A stretch of 64,000 bases of DNA, taken from positions 10,202 through 74,201 of the forward strand of contig CALLKF010000164.1 of assembly GCA_938008535.1 (NCBI GenBank), written 5' to 3'. The DNA is from an uncultured Saprospirales bacterium (GTDB lineage Bacteria; Bacteroidota; Bacteroidia; Chitinophagales; JADIYW01). Positions 42,667 to 52,943 of this stretch are shown in pieces; the first letter of the stretch is position 1; every line of letters starts with the position of its first letter. The notes beneath the pieces were generated by a model that ran no database searches, had not been told where the DNA came from, and saw only the letters and a program-made list of their open reading frames with translations. The position numbers and the translations under genes were made by a program.

Positions 42667-43263
42667 TTAAAACAATGTCACTATTTCTGGTTTCAATAAT
42701 TGGAAAGTATGTCGATGATATATACAACTACCAAATTCTTTTACAGCATTTCTGTGTGCAATAGTTGGATAACCTTTGTTTTTTTGCCAATTATAATCTG
42801 GAAATTCGTCATGCATTTTTTCCATGAGTTCATCACGATAAGTTTTTGCTAAAATAGAAGCTGACGCAATTTCTATATAAGTAGAATCACCTTTTATAAT
42901 AGTTTGATGTGCTATATTTTTATAAGGTTTAAAACGATTTCCATCTATCAATAATAATGTAGGTTGCTTTTTTAATTGATCTATAGCTTGATGCATCGCT
43001 AAATACGTTGCTTGTAAAATATTGACTTCATCAATTTTATGATTATCGATAATTCCAACACCAAAAGCAATGGCGTTTTCTTCAATAATGGGTCGTAATT
43101 CATTGCGTTGTTTTTCGGTTAATTGCTTGGAATCGTTTAAAAAATCGTGTTTAAATTTTTTAGGTAAGATAACTGCGGCTGCTACCACAGGACCAGCAAT
43201 GCAACCGCGACCAGCTTCATCTACGCCACAAATAATTTTAGTTGATGGAAAATGTTGTAACAC
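42667..43263 (-). CDS. rnhB: Ribonuclease HII
   Basis: IICGVDEAGRGCIAGPVVAAAVIL...LIDGNRF. Confidence 0.95.
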   Translation of the reverse strand: MLQHFPSTKIICGVDEAGRGCIAGPVVAAAVILPKKFKHDFLNDSKQLTEKQRNELRPIIEENAIAFGVGIIDNHKIDEVNILQATYLAMHQAIDQLKKQPTLLLIDGNRFKPYKNIAHQTIIKGDSTYIEIASASILAKTYRDELMEKMHDEFPDYNWQKNKGYPTIAHRNAVKEFGSCIYHRHTFQLLKPEIVTLF

Positions 43264-43360
43264 TTCTTTGAATTTTCACTACGCAAGTTAAATAGTTTAT
43301 GAGAATTTTAATCAAAAAATCTTTCTATCTTGATTCGATAAATCATTCATTAATAAAAAT

Positions 43361-43813
43361 ATGCGCATCATACTTCAACGAGTTACAAGCTGCTCTGTAA
43401 CTATCGATCAAAAACTAAAAAGCCAAATCGGAAACGGCTTATTAGTTCTTTTAGGAATAGAAGAAAACGATACTGAAACGGACATCGAATGGTTAGTAAA
43501 AAAAATTGTTCAGATGCGTATTTTTTCAGATGAAGTCGGTAAAATGAATTTGTCTGTTAAAGATATAGATGGTGATATTTTAATAGTTTCACAATTTACT
43601 TTGTTCGCTTCTACTAAAAAAGGAAATCGACCTAGTTTTACGCGCTCTGCAAAACCAGAAATAGCGATTCCTCTCTATGAAAAATTTATTATCGAAACAG
43701 AAAAAAAATTCGGTAAAAAAATACAAACTGGAACATTTGGAGCCGATATGAAAGTGCAAATTTTAAATGACGGACCTGTTACCATCATAATCGACAGCAA
43801 ACAAGCCGAATAG
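43361..43813 (+). CDS. dtd: D-aminoacyl-tRNA deacylase
   Basis: MRIILQRVTSCSVTIDQK...ILIVSQFTLFASTKKGNRPSF...FGADMKVQILNDGPVTI. Confidence 0.95.
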   Translation: MRIILQRVTSCSVTIDQKLKSQIGNGLLVLLGIEENDTETDIEWLVKKIVQMRIFSDEVGKMNLSVKDIDGDILIVSQFTLFASTKKGNRPSFTRSAKPEIAIPLYEKFIIETEKKFGKKIQTGTFGADMKVQILNDGPVTIIIDSKQAE

Positions 43814-43916
43814 TCAAATTGTATTTTTTTTCATTCCGACAAGCACAATTTTCATTTTTTTTTCACGTTCTGTACACATCCTTGTTGAAATTTTGTTTTT
43901 GTGTTGGTATTGATGT

Positions 43917-43948
43917 TAATCAATTAAAAATCAACGCATAATTGATTA
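43917..43948. promoter_or_regulatory. Perfect 10-bp inverted repeat upstream of nrdBA (candidate operator or hairpin)
   Basis: TAATCAATTA (43917-43926), 12-nt spacer, TAATTGATTA (43939-43948). Confidence 0.45.
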
Positions 43949-44112
43949 TTCACATATCCAATAAACAGCGTGTGGAAAAGTTAAAATAGGGTTTTTAAAA
44001 TGATTGAAGTAGCTTTAAAGAGTCGAAAGGCATAAAAACACAAAAAACACCTTTTATATAAAAAATATTAAATCGTTTTAAACTTTTTAATTAAAAAAGA
44101 AAAAACACTAGC

Positions 44113-45087
44113 ATGGAAATGACAAATGTGACAGAAAAGATTTTACAACAAGCAGACAATAGATTTGTGCTATTTCCTATTAAATATGATGCAATTTGGG
44201 CAATGTATAAAAAACACTTGGCTGCACATTGGGTAACCGAAGAAGTGGATTTGAGCCAAGATCAAATTGACTGGGACAAGTTAACCGATAACGAACGATT
44301 TTTTGTAAAAAACGTGTTGGCATTTTTCGCTGCTAGTGATGGTATTGTAAATGAAAATTTAGTAGTAAATTTTATGCAAGACGTTACCATTCCAGAAGTG
44401 CGTTGTTTCTATGGATTTCAGGTAGCTATCGAAAATATTCATTCAGAAATGTATTCATTGTTGATTGATACCTTTATTAAAGACAATGACGAGAAAGATA
44501 AAATGTTCAATGCAATCGACACCTTAGATTGTGTGAAGAAAAAAGCAACCTGGGCTTTAAAATGGATTGATACAGCACCATCGTTTGCACACCGATTAGT
44601 GGCTTTTGCAGCAGTTGAAGGCATTTTCTTCAGTGGTAGCTTTTGCTCAATCTATTGGTTAACGGATAGAGGCATGATGAAAGGTTTAGGCAAATCAAAC
44701 GAATTCATCAGCCGAGACGAAGGTATGCACTGTGATTTCGCTTGTCTTCTTTATTCTATGCTTGAAAATAAATTGAGCAAAGAAGAAGTATATCAAATTA
44801 TTTGTGATGCTGTTGAGTGCGAAAAAATATTTGTAAAAGAATCATTACCTGTTTCATTAATTGGAATGAATGCAGATTTAATGTGTAACTATATAGAATT
44901 TGTTGCCGACAGATTATTACTTTCATTAGGTTATCCTAAAGTGTACAACGCTACCAATCCGTTTCCGTTTATGGACAAAATTTCCCAACAAGGCAAAACA
45001 AATTTCTTTGAAGAAAGACCAACCGAATACGTAAAAGCTGGTGTAGAATCTGGTGAAAAAGTATTCTCTCTTTCTGAAGACTTTTAA
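44113..45087 (+). CDS. nrdB: Class I ribonucleoside-diphosphate reductase beta subunit
   Basis: [32 protein letters not shown]; 324 aa. Confidence 0.95.
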   Translation: MEMTNVTEKILQQADNRFVLFPIKYDAIWAMYKKHLAAHWVTEEVDLSQDQIDWDKLTDNERFFVKNVLAFFAASDGIVNENLVVNFMQDVTIPEVRCFYGFQVAIENIHSEMYSLLIDTFIKDNDEKDKMFNAIDTLDCVKKKATWALKWIDTAPSFAHRLVAFAAVEGIFFSGSFCSIYWLTDRGMMKGLGKSNEFISRDEGMHCDFACLLYSMLENKLSKEEVYQIICDAVECEKIFVKESLPVSLIGMNADLMCNYIEFVADRLLLSLGYPKVYNATNPFPFMDKISQQGKTNFFEERPTEYVKAGVESGEKVFSLSEDF

Positions 45088-45173
45088 GTAAAATATACCA
45101 TGATTTTCAAGTGACTTTAATCACTTGAATCAAAGAAGTTTCTTTTTTTGAAAAAATATAAAACAATTAAACT

Positions 45174-47687
45174 ATGTACGTTTTAAAACGCGATGGTCGC
45201 AAAGAACCTGTCCATTTTGACAAAATCACTGCACGCATCAACAAGCTTTCTTTCGCTTTAAATTCTACGTTTGTGCAACCACATCGCGTGGCACAAAGCG
45301 TTATTCAAGGTTTGTATGATGGCGTAACGACAACTGAATTAGATGAGTTGGCTGCACGTACTAGTGCCAACATGACCGTTGTGCATCCAGATTATGCAGT
45401 TTTGGCTGCTCGCATCGCGGTATCTAACTTGCATAAAAACACCAAGAAAAATTTCTCTCGAATCATCGAAGAATTATATCATTTCATCGATCCGAAAACA
45501 GATAAAAATGCTTCTTTAATTGCTGAAGATGTGTTTGAAATCATCATGGCAAACAGAGACCGTTTAGATTCTGCTATTGTACATCACCGAGATTATAATT
45601 ATGATTATTTTGGTTTTAAAACATTAGAACGTTCTTATCTTTTAAAATTAAACGGAAAAGTAGTTGAGCGACCTCAACATATGCTGATGCGCGTAGCAGT
45701 TGGTATTCATAAAAATGATATTGACGCAGCTATTGAGACATACGATTTGATGTCTGAAAAATGGTTCACGCATGCAACGCCAACATTATTTAATGCAGGC
45801 ACACCAAAACCGCAATTGTCATCTTGCTTTTTATTAACGATGAAAGATGATAGTATCAGTGGTATTTATGAAACATTGACGCAATGCGCAAAAATTTCGC
45901 AATCAGCTGGTGGAATTGGTTTAAGCACACACAACATCAGAGCAAAAGGTAGTTATATAAAAGGTACTAACGGCGAAAGCAACGGCTTGGTACCGATGTT
46001 GCAAGTATTCAACTCAACCGCAAGATACGTAGATCAAGGTGGTGGCAAACGCAAAGGTGCATTTGCTATTTATTTAGAACCATGGCACGCTGACGTATTT
46101 GAATTTTTAGAATTACGCAGACCGCACGGAAAAGAAGAAATGAAAGCGCGTGATTTATTTTTCGCACTTTGGATTCCAGATTTATTCATGAAACGTGTTC
46201 GTGAAAACGGTATGTGGTCATTGATGTGTCCTAGCGAATGTCCAGGTTTATGTGATACGTACGGTGATGAATTCGAAGCATTATATTTAAAATATGAGGC
46301 AGAAGGAAAAGCACGCAGACAAGTAAAAGCACAAGAATTGTGGTTCCATGTATTGGATAGCCAAATTGAAACAGGAACACCATATATGTTGTACAAAGAT
46401 CATGTCAACAGAAAATCAAATCAGAAAAATTTAGGCGTTATTCGTTCATCGAATTTATGTACTGAAATTATGGAATATACTTCACCAGATGAAGTTGCGG
46501 TATGTAATTTGGCATCAATCAATTTGAGTAGATTTATCGACGTTGAAAATAAAACATTCGATTTCCAAAAACTATATGATATCACGTACATCGTTACCAA
46601 AAATTTAAATAAAGTAATTGATGTCAACTACTATCCAGTAGAAGAAGCACGTAGAAGCAATATGCGTCATCGTCCGGTTGGACTAGGTGTACAAGGTTTA
46701 GCTGATGCATTTTTGATGTTGCGTCATCCGTTTGAAAGCGAAGAAGCACGCATCTTAAACAAAAATATTTTTGAAACAATTTATTTCGCTGCATTAAGTG
46801 CTTCTAAAGATTTAGCAAAAGTAGACGGTGCATACGAAACCTTCAAAGGATCACCGATCAGCAACGGCGTTTTCCAATTTGATATGTGGAACGTTACACC
46901 AACTGACCGATGGAACTGGAATGCATTACGTGAAGAAATCATGGAACACGGTGTGCGTAATAGTTTATTAGTTGCACCAATGCCTACTGCTTCCACTTCT
47001 CAAATTTTAGGAAATAATGAATGCTTCGAGCCATATACATCTAACATTTATACACGTCGTGTGTTGAGTGGTCAATTTATGGTGGTGAACAAACATCTTT
47101 TAAAAGATTTGATTGAATTAGGTTTATGGAGCGATGAAATGAAAAACGCGATTGTTGCCAACAATGGTTCTATTCAAGCAATCGAAGGTATTCCGTATGA
47201 TGTAAAAGAATTATACAAAACAGCTTGGGAAATCAAACAAAAATCGATTATTGAGATGGCAGCAGATCGTGGCGCATTTATCGATCAAAGCCAAAGTTTG
47301 AATATTTTCATGGAAAGTCCTAATTATCAAAAATTAAATTCGGCTCACTTCTACGCTTGGGACAAAGGTTTGAAAACGGGTATGTATTACTTGCGTTCTC
47401 GTCCATCTGTTGATCCAATTAAATTTACAGTTGATGTAGAAAAAGCTAAACAAACCAATGCAACTGCAAAAGTAAGCACGATTGATATTGATAAGATTGC
47501 TGCACCTATTTATGAAGGCGTTGCAACTGCACAACAAGAAATTTTTGCAGTGGCAGAACCACAGATTGCAGAAAAATCTGTTGAAGAACGCGCTGCAGAA
47601 TTTGGTATGACGGTAGAAGAGTTTTTAGCAGCATCAAAAGTTTGCTCTACAGAAAATCCTGGTGAATGCGAAATGTGCGGTTCGTAA
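45174..47687 (+). CDS. nrdA: Class I ribonucleoside-diphosphate reductase alpha subunit
   Basis: N-terminal ATP-cone, [47 protein letters not shown]-terminal CEMCGS. Confidence 0.96.
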   Translation: MYVLKRDGRKEPVHFDKITARINKLSFALNSTFVQPHRVAQSVIQGLYDGVTTTELDELAARTSANMTVVHPDYAVLAARIAVSNLHKNTKKNFSRIIEELYHFIDPKTDKNASLIAEDVFEIIMANRDRLDSAIVHHRDYNYDYFGFKTLERSYLLKLNGKVVERPQHMLMRVAVGIHKNDIDAAIETYDLMSEKWFTHATPTLFNAGTPKPQLSSCFLLTMKDDSISGIYETLTQCAKISQSAGGIGLSTHNIRAKGSYIKGTNGESNGLVPMLQVFNSTARYVDQGGGKRKGAFAIYLEPWHADVFEFLELRRPHGKEEMKARDLFFALWIPDLFMKRVRENGMWSLMCPSECPGLCDTYGDEFEALYLKYEAEGKARRQVKAQELWFHVLDSQIETGTPYMLYKDHVNRKSNQKNLGVIRSSNLCTEIMEYTSPDEVAVCNLASINLSRFIDVENKTFDFQKLYDITYIVTKNLNKVIDVNYYPVEEARRSNMRHRPVGLGVQGLADAFLMLRHPFESEEARILNKNIFETIYFAALSASKDLAKVDGAYETFKGSPISNGVFQFDMWNVTPTDRWNWNALREEIMEHGVRNSLLVAPMPTASTSQILGNNECFEPYTSNIYTRRVLSGQFMVVNKHLLKDLIELGLWSDEMKNAIVANNGSIQAIEGIPYDVKELYKTAWEIKQKSIIEMAADRGAFIDQSQSLNIFMESPNYQKLNSAHFYAWDKGLKTGMYYLRSRPSVDPIKFTVDVEKAKQTNATAKVSTIDIDKIAAPIYEGVATAQQEIFAVAEPQIAEKSVEERAAEFGMTVEEFLAASKVCSTENPGECEMCGS

Positions 47688-47717
47688 TTAAAAATTAACT
47701 AGCTATTTTTTATATAG

Positions 47718-47745
47718 TTCCGAACTTTTAGTTCGGAATTTTTTT
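47718..47745 (+). terminator. Rho-independent terminator after nrdA
   Basis: TTCCGAAC-tttta-GTTCGGAA followed by a T run. Confidence 0.85.
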
Positions 47746-47790
47746 ATTTATGAAATAGTTGCTATATTTACTCTATAATTCTAGTAGAGT

Positions 47791-48348
47791 ATGCAATTCT
47801 TACAACAACCTTTTGCTTGGTATATCGCAGGTCCATTAATAGCAATGAATCTATTTTTATTGCTTTATTTTGGACAACGATTTGGCTTGTCCACATCCAT
47901 GAAAACAACATGTGCTGCGCTTGGTGCAGGAAAAAACGTTCCGTTTTTCAAGTATGATTGGAAGAAAGAATCCTGGTTATTAGTTTATGTTTTAGGTTCT
48001 GTTATTGGTGGTTTTATTGCGTTTCATTTTTTAAATGCAGGCGCGCCAGTAATCGTTTCAGAAAAAACTACTGTAGCATTACAACATTTGAATATCGTAG
48101 CGAACCAATCGTTTGAACCAGCGGAAATTTTTTCAATACAAAATTTATTTACCTTGAAAGGAATTTTCATTTTAATACTTGGTGGATTTTTAATTGGTTT
48201 CGGTACACGTTGGGCAAATGGTTGCACGTCTGGGCACGCCATTTCTGGTTTAAGCGATTTCCAATTGCCATCATTAGTTGCAGTCATTGGCTTTTTTATT
48301 GGTGGTTTGGTGATGACACATCTTTTAATTCCAATTTTATTCAGATAA
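47791..48348 (+). CDS. YeeE/YedE family (sulfur/thiosulfate transport) protein, first half
   Basis: FLIGFGTRWANGCTSGHAISGLSDFQLPSLVAVIGFFIGGL. Confidence 0.88.
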   Translation: MQFLQQPFAWYIAGPLIAMNLFLLLYFGQRFGLSTSMKTTCAALGAGKNVPFFKYDWKKESWLLVYVLGSVIGGFIAFHFLNAGAPVIVSEKTTVALQHLNIVANQSFEPAEIFSIQNLFTLKGIFILILGGFLIGFGTRWANGCTSGHAISGLSDFQLPSLVAVIGFFIGGLVMTHLLIPILFR

Positions 48349-48401
48349 AAAAACCAATTGAATTCAAAAAATCATTTCAATCAATTTAATCATACAAATC
48401 A

Positions 48402-48818
48402 ATGCTAAAAAATATAAAATTCTTACTACTAGGTGTTTTCTTTGGAATTGTAATGGCAAAAGCACAAGTCATTTCGTGGTTTCGCATTTATGAAATGTTT
48501 CGCTTCGAAGCATTTCACATGTACGGCATCATTGGAAGCGCAGTTGTGCTTGGTGTTATCATTGTTCAATTTATAAAACGAAGCAATTTAAAATCGATTG
48601 ATGGTACTATAATCACTATCGAATCGAAACCAAAAACGTATAAAGCAAGCATATTTGGAGGCATTTTATTTGGATTGGGTTGGGCCTTGGTTGGTGCTTG
48701 TCCAGGACCAATTTACGTTTTAATTGGTGCTGGTTTTTATGGTTTTATAATTGTGTTGCTAAGTGCGCTTTTCGGTACGTTTTGCTATGGTTTGGTGAAA
48801 GAAAAATTGCCACATTAG
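48402..48818 (+). CDS. YeeE/YedE family protein, second half (DUF6691-like)
   Basis: LLLGVFFGIVMAKAQVISWFRIYEMFRFEAFHMYGIIGSAV...GLGWALVGACPGPIYVLIG. Confidence 0.87.
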   Translation: MLKNIKFLLLGVFFGIVMAKAQVISWFRIYEMFRFEAFHMYGIIGSAVVLGVIIVQFIKRSNLKSIDGTIITIESKPKTYKASIFGGILFGLGWALVGACPGPIYVLIGAGFYGFIIVLLSALFGTFCYGLVKEKLPH

Positions 48819-48886
48819 TTTAGGAACTTTTCTTTTTAAAGAATTGTTCAATATATTTTCTAATTTCGTTTTCTAAAATTAAAATC

Positions 48887-49195
48887 ATGTATCAGGATTT
48901 AACACCAAAAGAATTTTTACAAGCATTTGAATCTACCGAAAATAAAATATTAGTAGATGTGCGTACGCCTTTAGAAATTGAAGACGCGAGCATCGATGGA
49001 CATATCGCTATCAATTTTCAATCAGCAGATTTTCCTGCAAAAATCTTAGAACTAGATAAAGACAAAACTCTTTTTATTTATTGCAGAAGCGGCAATCGCA
49101 GCGGACAAGCATGTAAATTCTTAGCATCAAAAGGTTACGATAAATTGGTAAACCTAAAAGGTGGTATGCTAGCATGGGCCGAAACGGATTTTTAG
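48887..49195 (+). CDS. Rhodanese-like domain protein
   Basis: ILVDVRTPLEIEDASIDGHIAINFQ...LFIYCRSGNRSGQA. Confidence 0.92.
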   Translation: MYQDLTPKEFLQAFESTENKILVDVRTPLEIEDASIDGHIAINFQSADFPAKILELDKDKTLFIYCRSGNRSGQACKFLASKGYDKLVNLKGGMLAWAETDF

Positions 49196-49216
49196 TAACC
49201 GCTCAATATATTTTGA

Positions 49217-49678
49217 ATGCTTAGTTATGAAAAAGCAACCGCAAATGATGGCGAACAACTAACACAAATTGCGTATAGTTCTAAACGTTATTGGAACTAT
49301 TCAAATGCGCAAATGTTGCTTTGGAAAGATGATTTGACCATCGATTCCAATTATATTTTAGGTAACCTTGTTTACAAAGTTTTTAATCAAAAAACATGCA
49401 TTGGATTTTATGCGTTGAAATTTGATGATAATGAAAACTGTTATGAGATTGATCATCTTTGGTTGATGCCTGAAAATATAAACAAAGGATTTGGTGCAAT
49501 TATTTTTAAAAATATTATTGCGCAACTTTCAGAACTTAAACAAAAAAGGTGCACGCTAATTGCGGAACCTAACGCTATTGGATTTTATAAAAAGATGAAT
49601 GGCAAAATAATAAGAAGTTTTGAAAGTAAAATTCCGGGAAGAATGCTGGATGTGTATGAGTTTAAAACAAATCAATAA
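49217..49678 (+). CDS. GNAT family N-acetyltransferase
   Basis: Acceptor region LWLMPENINKGFGAIIFKNI...EPNAIGFYKKMNGK; adjacent reading frames and spacing. Confidence 0.8.
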   Translation: MLSYEKATANDGEQLTQIAYSSKRYWNYSNAQMLLWKDDLTIDSNYILGNLVYKVFNQKTCIGFYALKFDDNENCYEIDHLWLMPENINKGFGAIIFKNIIAQLSELKQKRCTLIAEPNAIGFYKKMNGKIIRSFESKIPGRMLDVYEFKTNQ

Positions 49679-50265
49679 TGAACGTTCTCTTTTTTAATTC
49701 ACAGCAAGAATTACGCAAGTGGTTTCAGAAAAATCATTTAATAGAACAAGAAGCATGGATAGGTTTTTATAATAAAAAATCAACCAAACAGTCAATTACT
49801 TGGACACAATTAGTAGATGAAGAATTATGTTTTGGTTGGATAGATGGTATTCGCAAAAAAATAGATGACGAAAGTTACTGCAATCGAATTACACCACGAA
49901 GAAAACGAAGCAACTGGAGCGATGTAAACATTAAACGAATTGAAGCTTTAATAGCATTGGATTTGGTGACGGAACAAGGCAAACATGTTTTTCACACGCG
50001 CGATTTAACCAAACAAAAATCTGCTTCTTTTGAGCAAGAGAAAATAGAATTTTCACAAGAACATATAAAGCAATTTAAAACCCAAAAAACCGCTTGGAAA
50101 TTTTTTGAAATGCAAACCAATACTTATAAAAGGCAAGCCACTTGGCATGTAATTAGTGCAAAACAAGAAATAACACAGCAAAAACGATTGGAAATATTGA
50201 TAAACGACAGTGAAACAGGCGTTCATATCAAACATTTGCGCAGAAACAAGCCAGAAAAGAATTAG
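49678..50265 (+). CDS. YdeI/OmpD-associated family protein
   Basis: EAWIGFYNKKSTKQSITWTQLVDEELCFGWIDGIRKKIDDESYCNRITPRRKRSNWSDVN. Confidence 0.88.
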   Translation: MNVLFFNSQQELRKWFQKNHLIEQEAWIGFYNKKSTKQSITWTQLVDEELCFGWIDGIRKKIDDESYCNRITPRRKRSNWSDVNIKRIEALIALDLVTEQGKHVFHTRDLTKQKSASFEQEKIEFSQEHIKQFKTQKTAWKFFEMQTNTYKRQATWHVISAKQEITQQKRLEILINDSETGVHIKHLRRNKPEKN

Positions 50266-50476
50266 AAAATTTTCATTTATCAGCTAATTTATAAGCTCAA
50301 AATTATCAATTATTCAACAAATATTAAAATTTATTGAATAATCTGTAATTTTTAATCAATTTTATTGAATTATTTGCACATAAAGACGTGTTTTATTATC
50401 TTTGTTGTATCAAAGTAAGTTCTTTTAATAAGTAGTAAAATTCTTACGACTTATTATTCACGACTTACGACTATAT

Positions 50477-50631
50477 TGTAAGGTGATGAAACTGGCAGCC
50501 ATGCCCTCTTGTCTCGAGGGTGAGGATCACGAAATAAAGTTAGAGTAGAGCACTTCAATGTGCAGGGGTTGACCACCAACTTTTGCTCTTTTCCTAATCG
50601 CCTTTTGGAGGTTCGACTCCTTCTCTTACAG
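50477..50631 (+). ncRNA. tRNA-like structured RNA with ~86-nt variable-region insertion
   Basis: Acceptor TGTAAGG (50477-50483)/TCTTACA (50624-50630), 7 bp incl. one G-U; D arm ATG-AAACTGGCAGC-CAT; anticodon-like arm CCCTC-TTGTCTC-GAGGG (triplet GTC at 50511-50513); T arm GGAGG-TTCGACT-CCTTC (50607-50623). Confidence 0.6.
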
Positions 50632-50636
50632 CAACA

Positions 50637-50669
50637 AAATCCGAATCAGAAATGGTTCGGATTTTTTTA
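50637..50669 (+). terminator. Rho-independent terminator of the tRNA-like RNA
   Basis: AAATCCGAA ... TTCGGATTT 9-bp stem (50637-50645/50656-50664) with T run. Confidence 0.8.
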
Positions 50670-50888
50670 TTTTAATGATTTTCATAAATCTTAAATATAC
50701 ACAACTCATATTGCATTAGATTCGTCCTTATATCGCTTTTAGCAAAATTTCCTTTTCTGCTTTTATCAGTGTAATACTTGCTACAGTTTAGATAAACTTT
50801 CTTTGTGACGAAAGCTTGATGTTCCATTTTGGAATATCAAAGTTTTAATTTTTATTTGGGAAATGATTTTCATTTCTCTTATTGCTTT

Positions 50889-52670
50889 CTAACTATACAA
50901 CGCTTCCAATCCTAATTTTGTAATTCTGGATCTTATTGCACCAGTTGTTCTGCCAAACTGTTTTGCCAACTCTTTTATTTCTAAACCTTCACAGCATAAA
51001 TTTTCTAATTGTTTATCGAGTTCAGCTGTCCAAGGTTTATAAGCATCTTTATATTTATTTCTTTTTTCTTCTACAGAATAAGATTTCACTTTGTCAAATT
51101 CTTTGCTAACAACTTTTGTTTTTGTAATAAATGTATTTGCTGGTTTCTTTTCTTCTTCAACAGCAACTTTCAAAACATGTATCATTGAAGAAACAGGAAA
51201 CATCTTTGGCATTAAGGTTTCTGGAATAAAGATGTTATTTTTTGTTCTTGTTACAGCAACATACAGCATATTTATTTCTTCATTTATTTTTGTCGCACTG
51301 GTTTCTAATCCTTTTTTATCTAGTTTTAATTTCTCTAGTTTTTCTTCTGTTATAAAATCACCAACCAACTGAATAGTATCATATTCCATTCCTTTGCAGC
51401 GATGAACGGTAGAAAAAATCATCTCAGCTTTTTCTTTTTCATCCACATGTTTTTCTTTAATCGCTTTAATTATTTCTGGAATTTTGTTGCCATATTCTTT
51501 TATAATTTTAACCATAATAGCAAGCTGCACATCTTCTGTTTTCTCAATATAATCTACTAACTCACTCATATCATTCATTGCTTTTATGAGTTTATCTTTA
51601 ATCAAAAAATGCTTTGCGTTATATAGATTCAGCACATCGTATAATGATGCACCTTCATCTGCATACGTATAAGAATTTATATTGCCTTCAAAATAAATGG
51701 ATTTCACTTCTTTCTTCTTTGTTACATATTCAATGGCTTTGAGTAATAAACCAAGATTAGTTCGCGCAATTACTGCTTTTGTATTAGTCTCATTGCAAGT
51801 GCCTTTGCCAATTATTTGTATTGGTTGATGTTCGCCAATATGTACTTTGTATTTTAAAACAGACATCGCAAGGTTTGCAATATCATTACTAAATCTAAAA
51901 CTAGTAGAAAGATAATACGTTTTAAAATCGGCTTTTTCAAGCGAGTTCACTGCATAACGCCAACCATAAATTTGCTGATGCGTGTCGCCGACAATCACTT
52001 TTATGGCATTTTGTTTTAAGAAAATATCCAACATCGCAGCCGAACCATCTTGTCCTTCATCAAATAAAATATAATCATACTGAAGAATTGGATTGGAAAG
52101 TTGAAATTTTTTCAAATAAAAATCATGCGTTATTTCAATCTCTTCATTATCCATCATTTCCAAAAAAACACTTGCCTGTTTCTTAATGTAATTATAGACA
52201 GACGAAACAAATACTTTAGTCTTTGGTTCGGAAATAGTATCCAAATAATTTAAATCTTCAATTTTTTGTTTATCGCTATTAAAGAAATATGCGATGAACT
52301 TATTTATATGGTTTGCAATTACATATTCTGTATGTTTTTCGCCATTACCTTTTAAATTTAAAAGGTCTGCAATTTCGTTTGTTTTATAACCGTTGGCATT
52401 TATTGTATAATTAGATTTAAAAACAATATGCTTGTAAGCAAGTGAATGAGCCGTTTCAACCTGCACATTATGAAGTCCTTTTGCCGCAAATTTTTTAGCA
52501 GCTTCTATTTTCACTGTTTTATTAAAAGCAAGATATAATATTTTACTTTTTGCAGGTCTTGTTTTCGCATATTCAATTACAGTGGTCGTTTTTCCAGAAC
52601 CAGCAACAGCATTTATTTTTATATTTCCAGTCGAATTTATGATGTCGTGTTGCTCTTTGGTTAATTCCAT
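50889..52670 (-). CDS. UvrD/Rep-family superfamily 1 helicase with C-terminal HTH-like tail
   Basis: INAVAGSGKTTTVIEYA, YDYILFDEGQDGSAAML, VGDTHQQIYGWRYA, VHRCKGMEYDTI; C-terminal AKQFGRTTGAIRSRITKLGL. Confidence 0.88.
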   Translation of the reverse strand: MELTKEQHDIINSTGNIKINAVAGSGKTTTVIEYAKTRPAKSKILYLAFNKTVKIEAAKKFAAKGLHNVQVETAHSLAYKHIVFKSNYTINANGYKTNEIADLLNLKGNGEKHTEYVIANHINKFIAYFFNSDKQKIEDLNYLDTISEPKTKVFVSSVYNYIKKQASVFLEMMDNEEIEITHDFYLKKFQLSNPILQYDYILFDEGQDGSAAMLDIFLKQNAIKVIVGDTHQQIYGWRYAVNSLEKADFKTYYLSTSFRFSNDIANLAMSVLKYKVHIGEHQPIQIIGKGTCNETNTKAVIARTNLGLLLKAIEYVTKKKEVKSIYFEGNINSYTYADEGASLYDVLNLYNAKHFLIKDKLIKAMNDMSELVDYIEKTEDVQLAIMVKIIKEYGNKIPEIIKAIKEKHVDEKEKAEMIFSTVHRCKGMEYDTIQLVGDFITEEKLEKLKLDKKGLETSATKINEEINMLYVAVTRTKNNIFIPETLMPKMFPVSSMIHVLKVAVEEEKKPANTFITKTKVVSKEFDKVKSYSVEEKRNKYKDAYKPWTAELDKQLENLCCEGLEIKELAKQFGRTTGAIRSRITKLGLEALYS

Positions 52671-52943
52671 TTTTTAAATGTTTAATTAAATAGTTTCAGA
52701 TGTAAGAAAAATAAAAAAACAGCATTTGTGTAAATAAATTTATGCGTGCATTTTCTCTCTTTTACTATTGAGATACACAAACCACACAAATTCCATAAAT
52801 TTTTCTAAAAAAAATTAAAATTTAATATTGATAATAGATTTTATATTCTATTCCAAAAATAAATTCCATCATTTCCTTGCAAATTATCTTATGCTAATTT
52901 ATGTTTGGCAAAATGCATCTACATTTAATTAAAATAAAAAAAC

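Noticed and set aside
50477-50631. tmRNA interpretation of the tRNA-like element
   Set aside because: Too short, has an anticodon-like arm, and lacks a recognisable resume codon/tag ORF and the tmRNA 5'/3' domain consensus.
50477-50631. Group I intron inside a tRNA
   Set aside because: The insert is only ~86 nt, lies in the variable region rather than the anticodon loop, and has no P/Q/R/S core.
50889-52670. UvrD-like helicase as part of an antiviral system
   Set aside because: Solitary SF1 helicase without a partner nuclease or other defence gene next to it; a housekeeping or orphan repair role is as likely.
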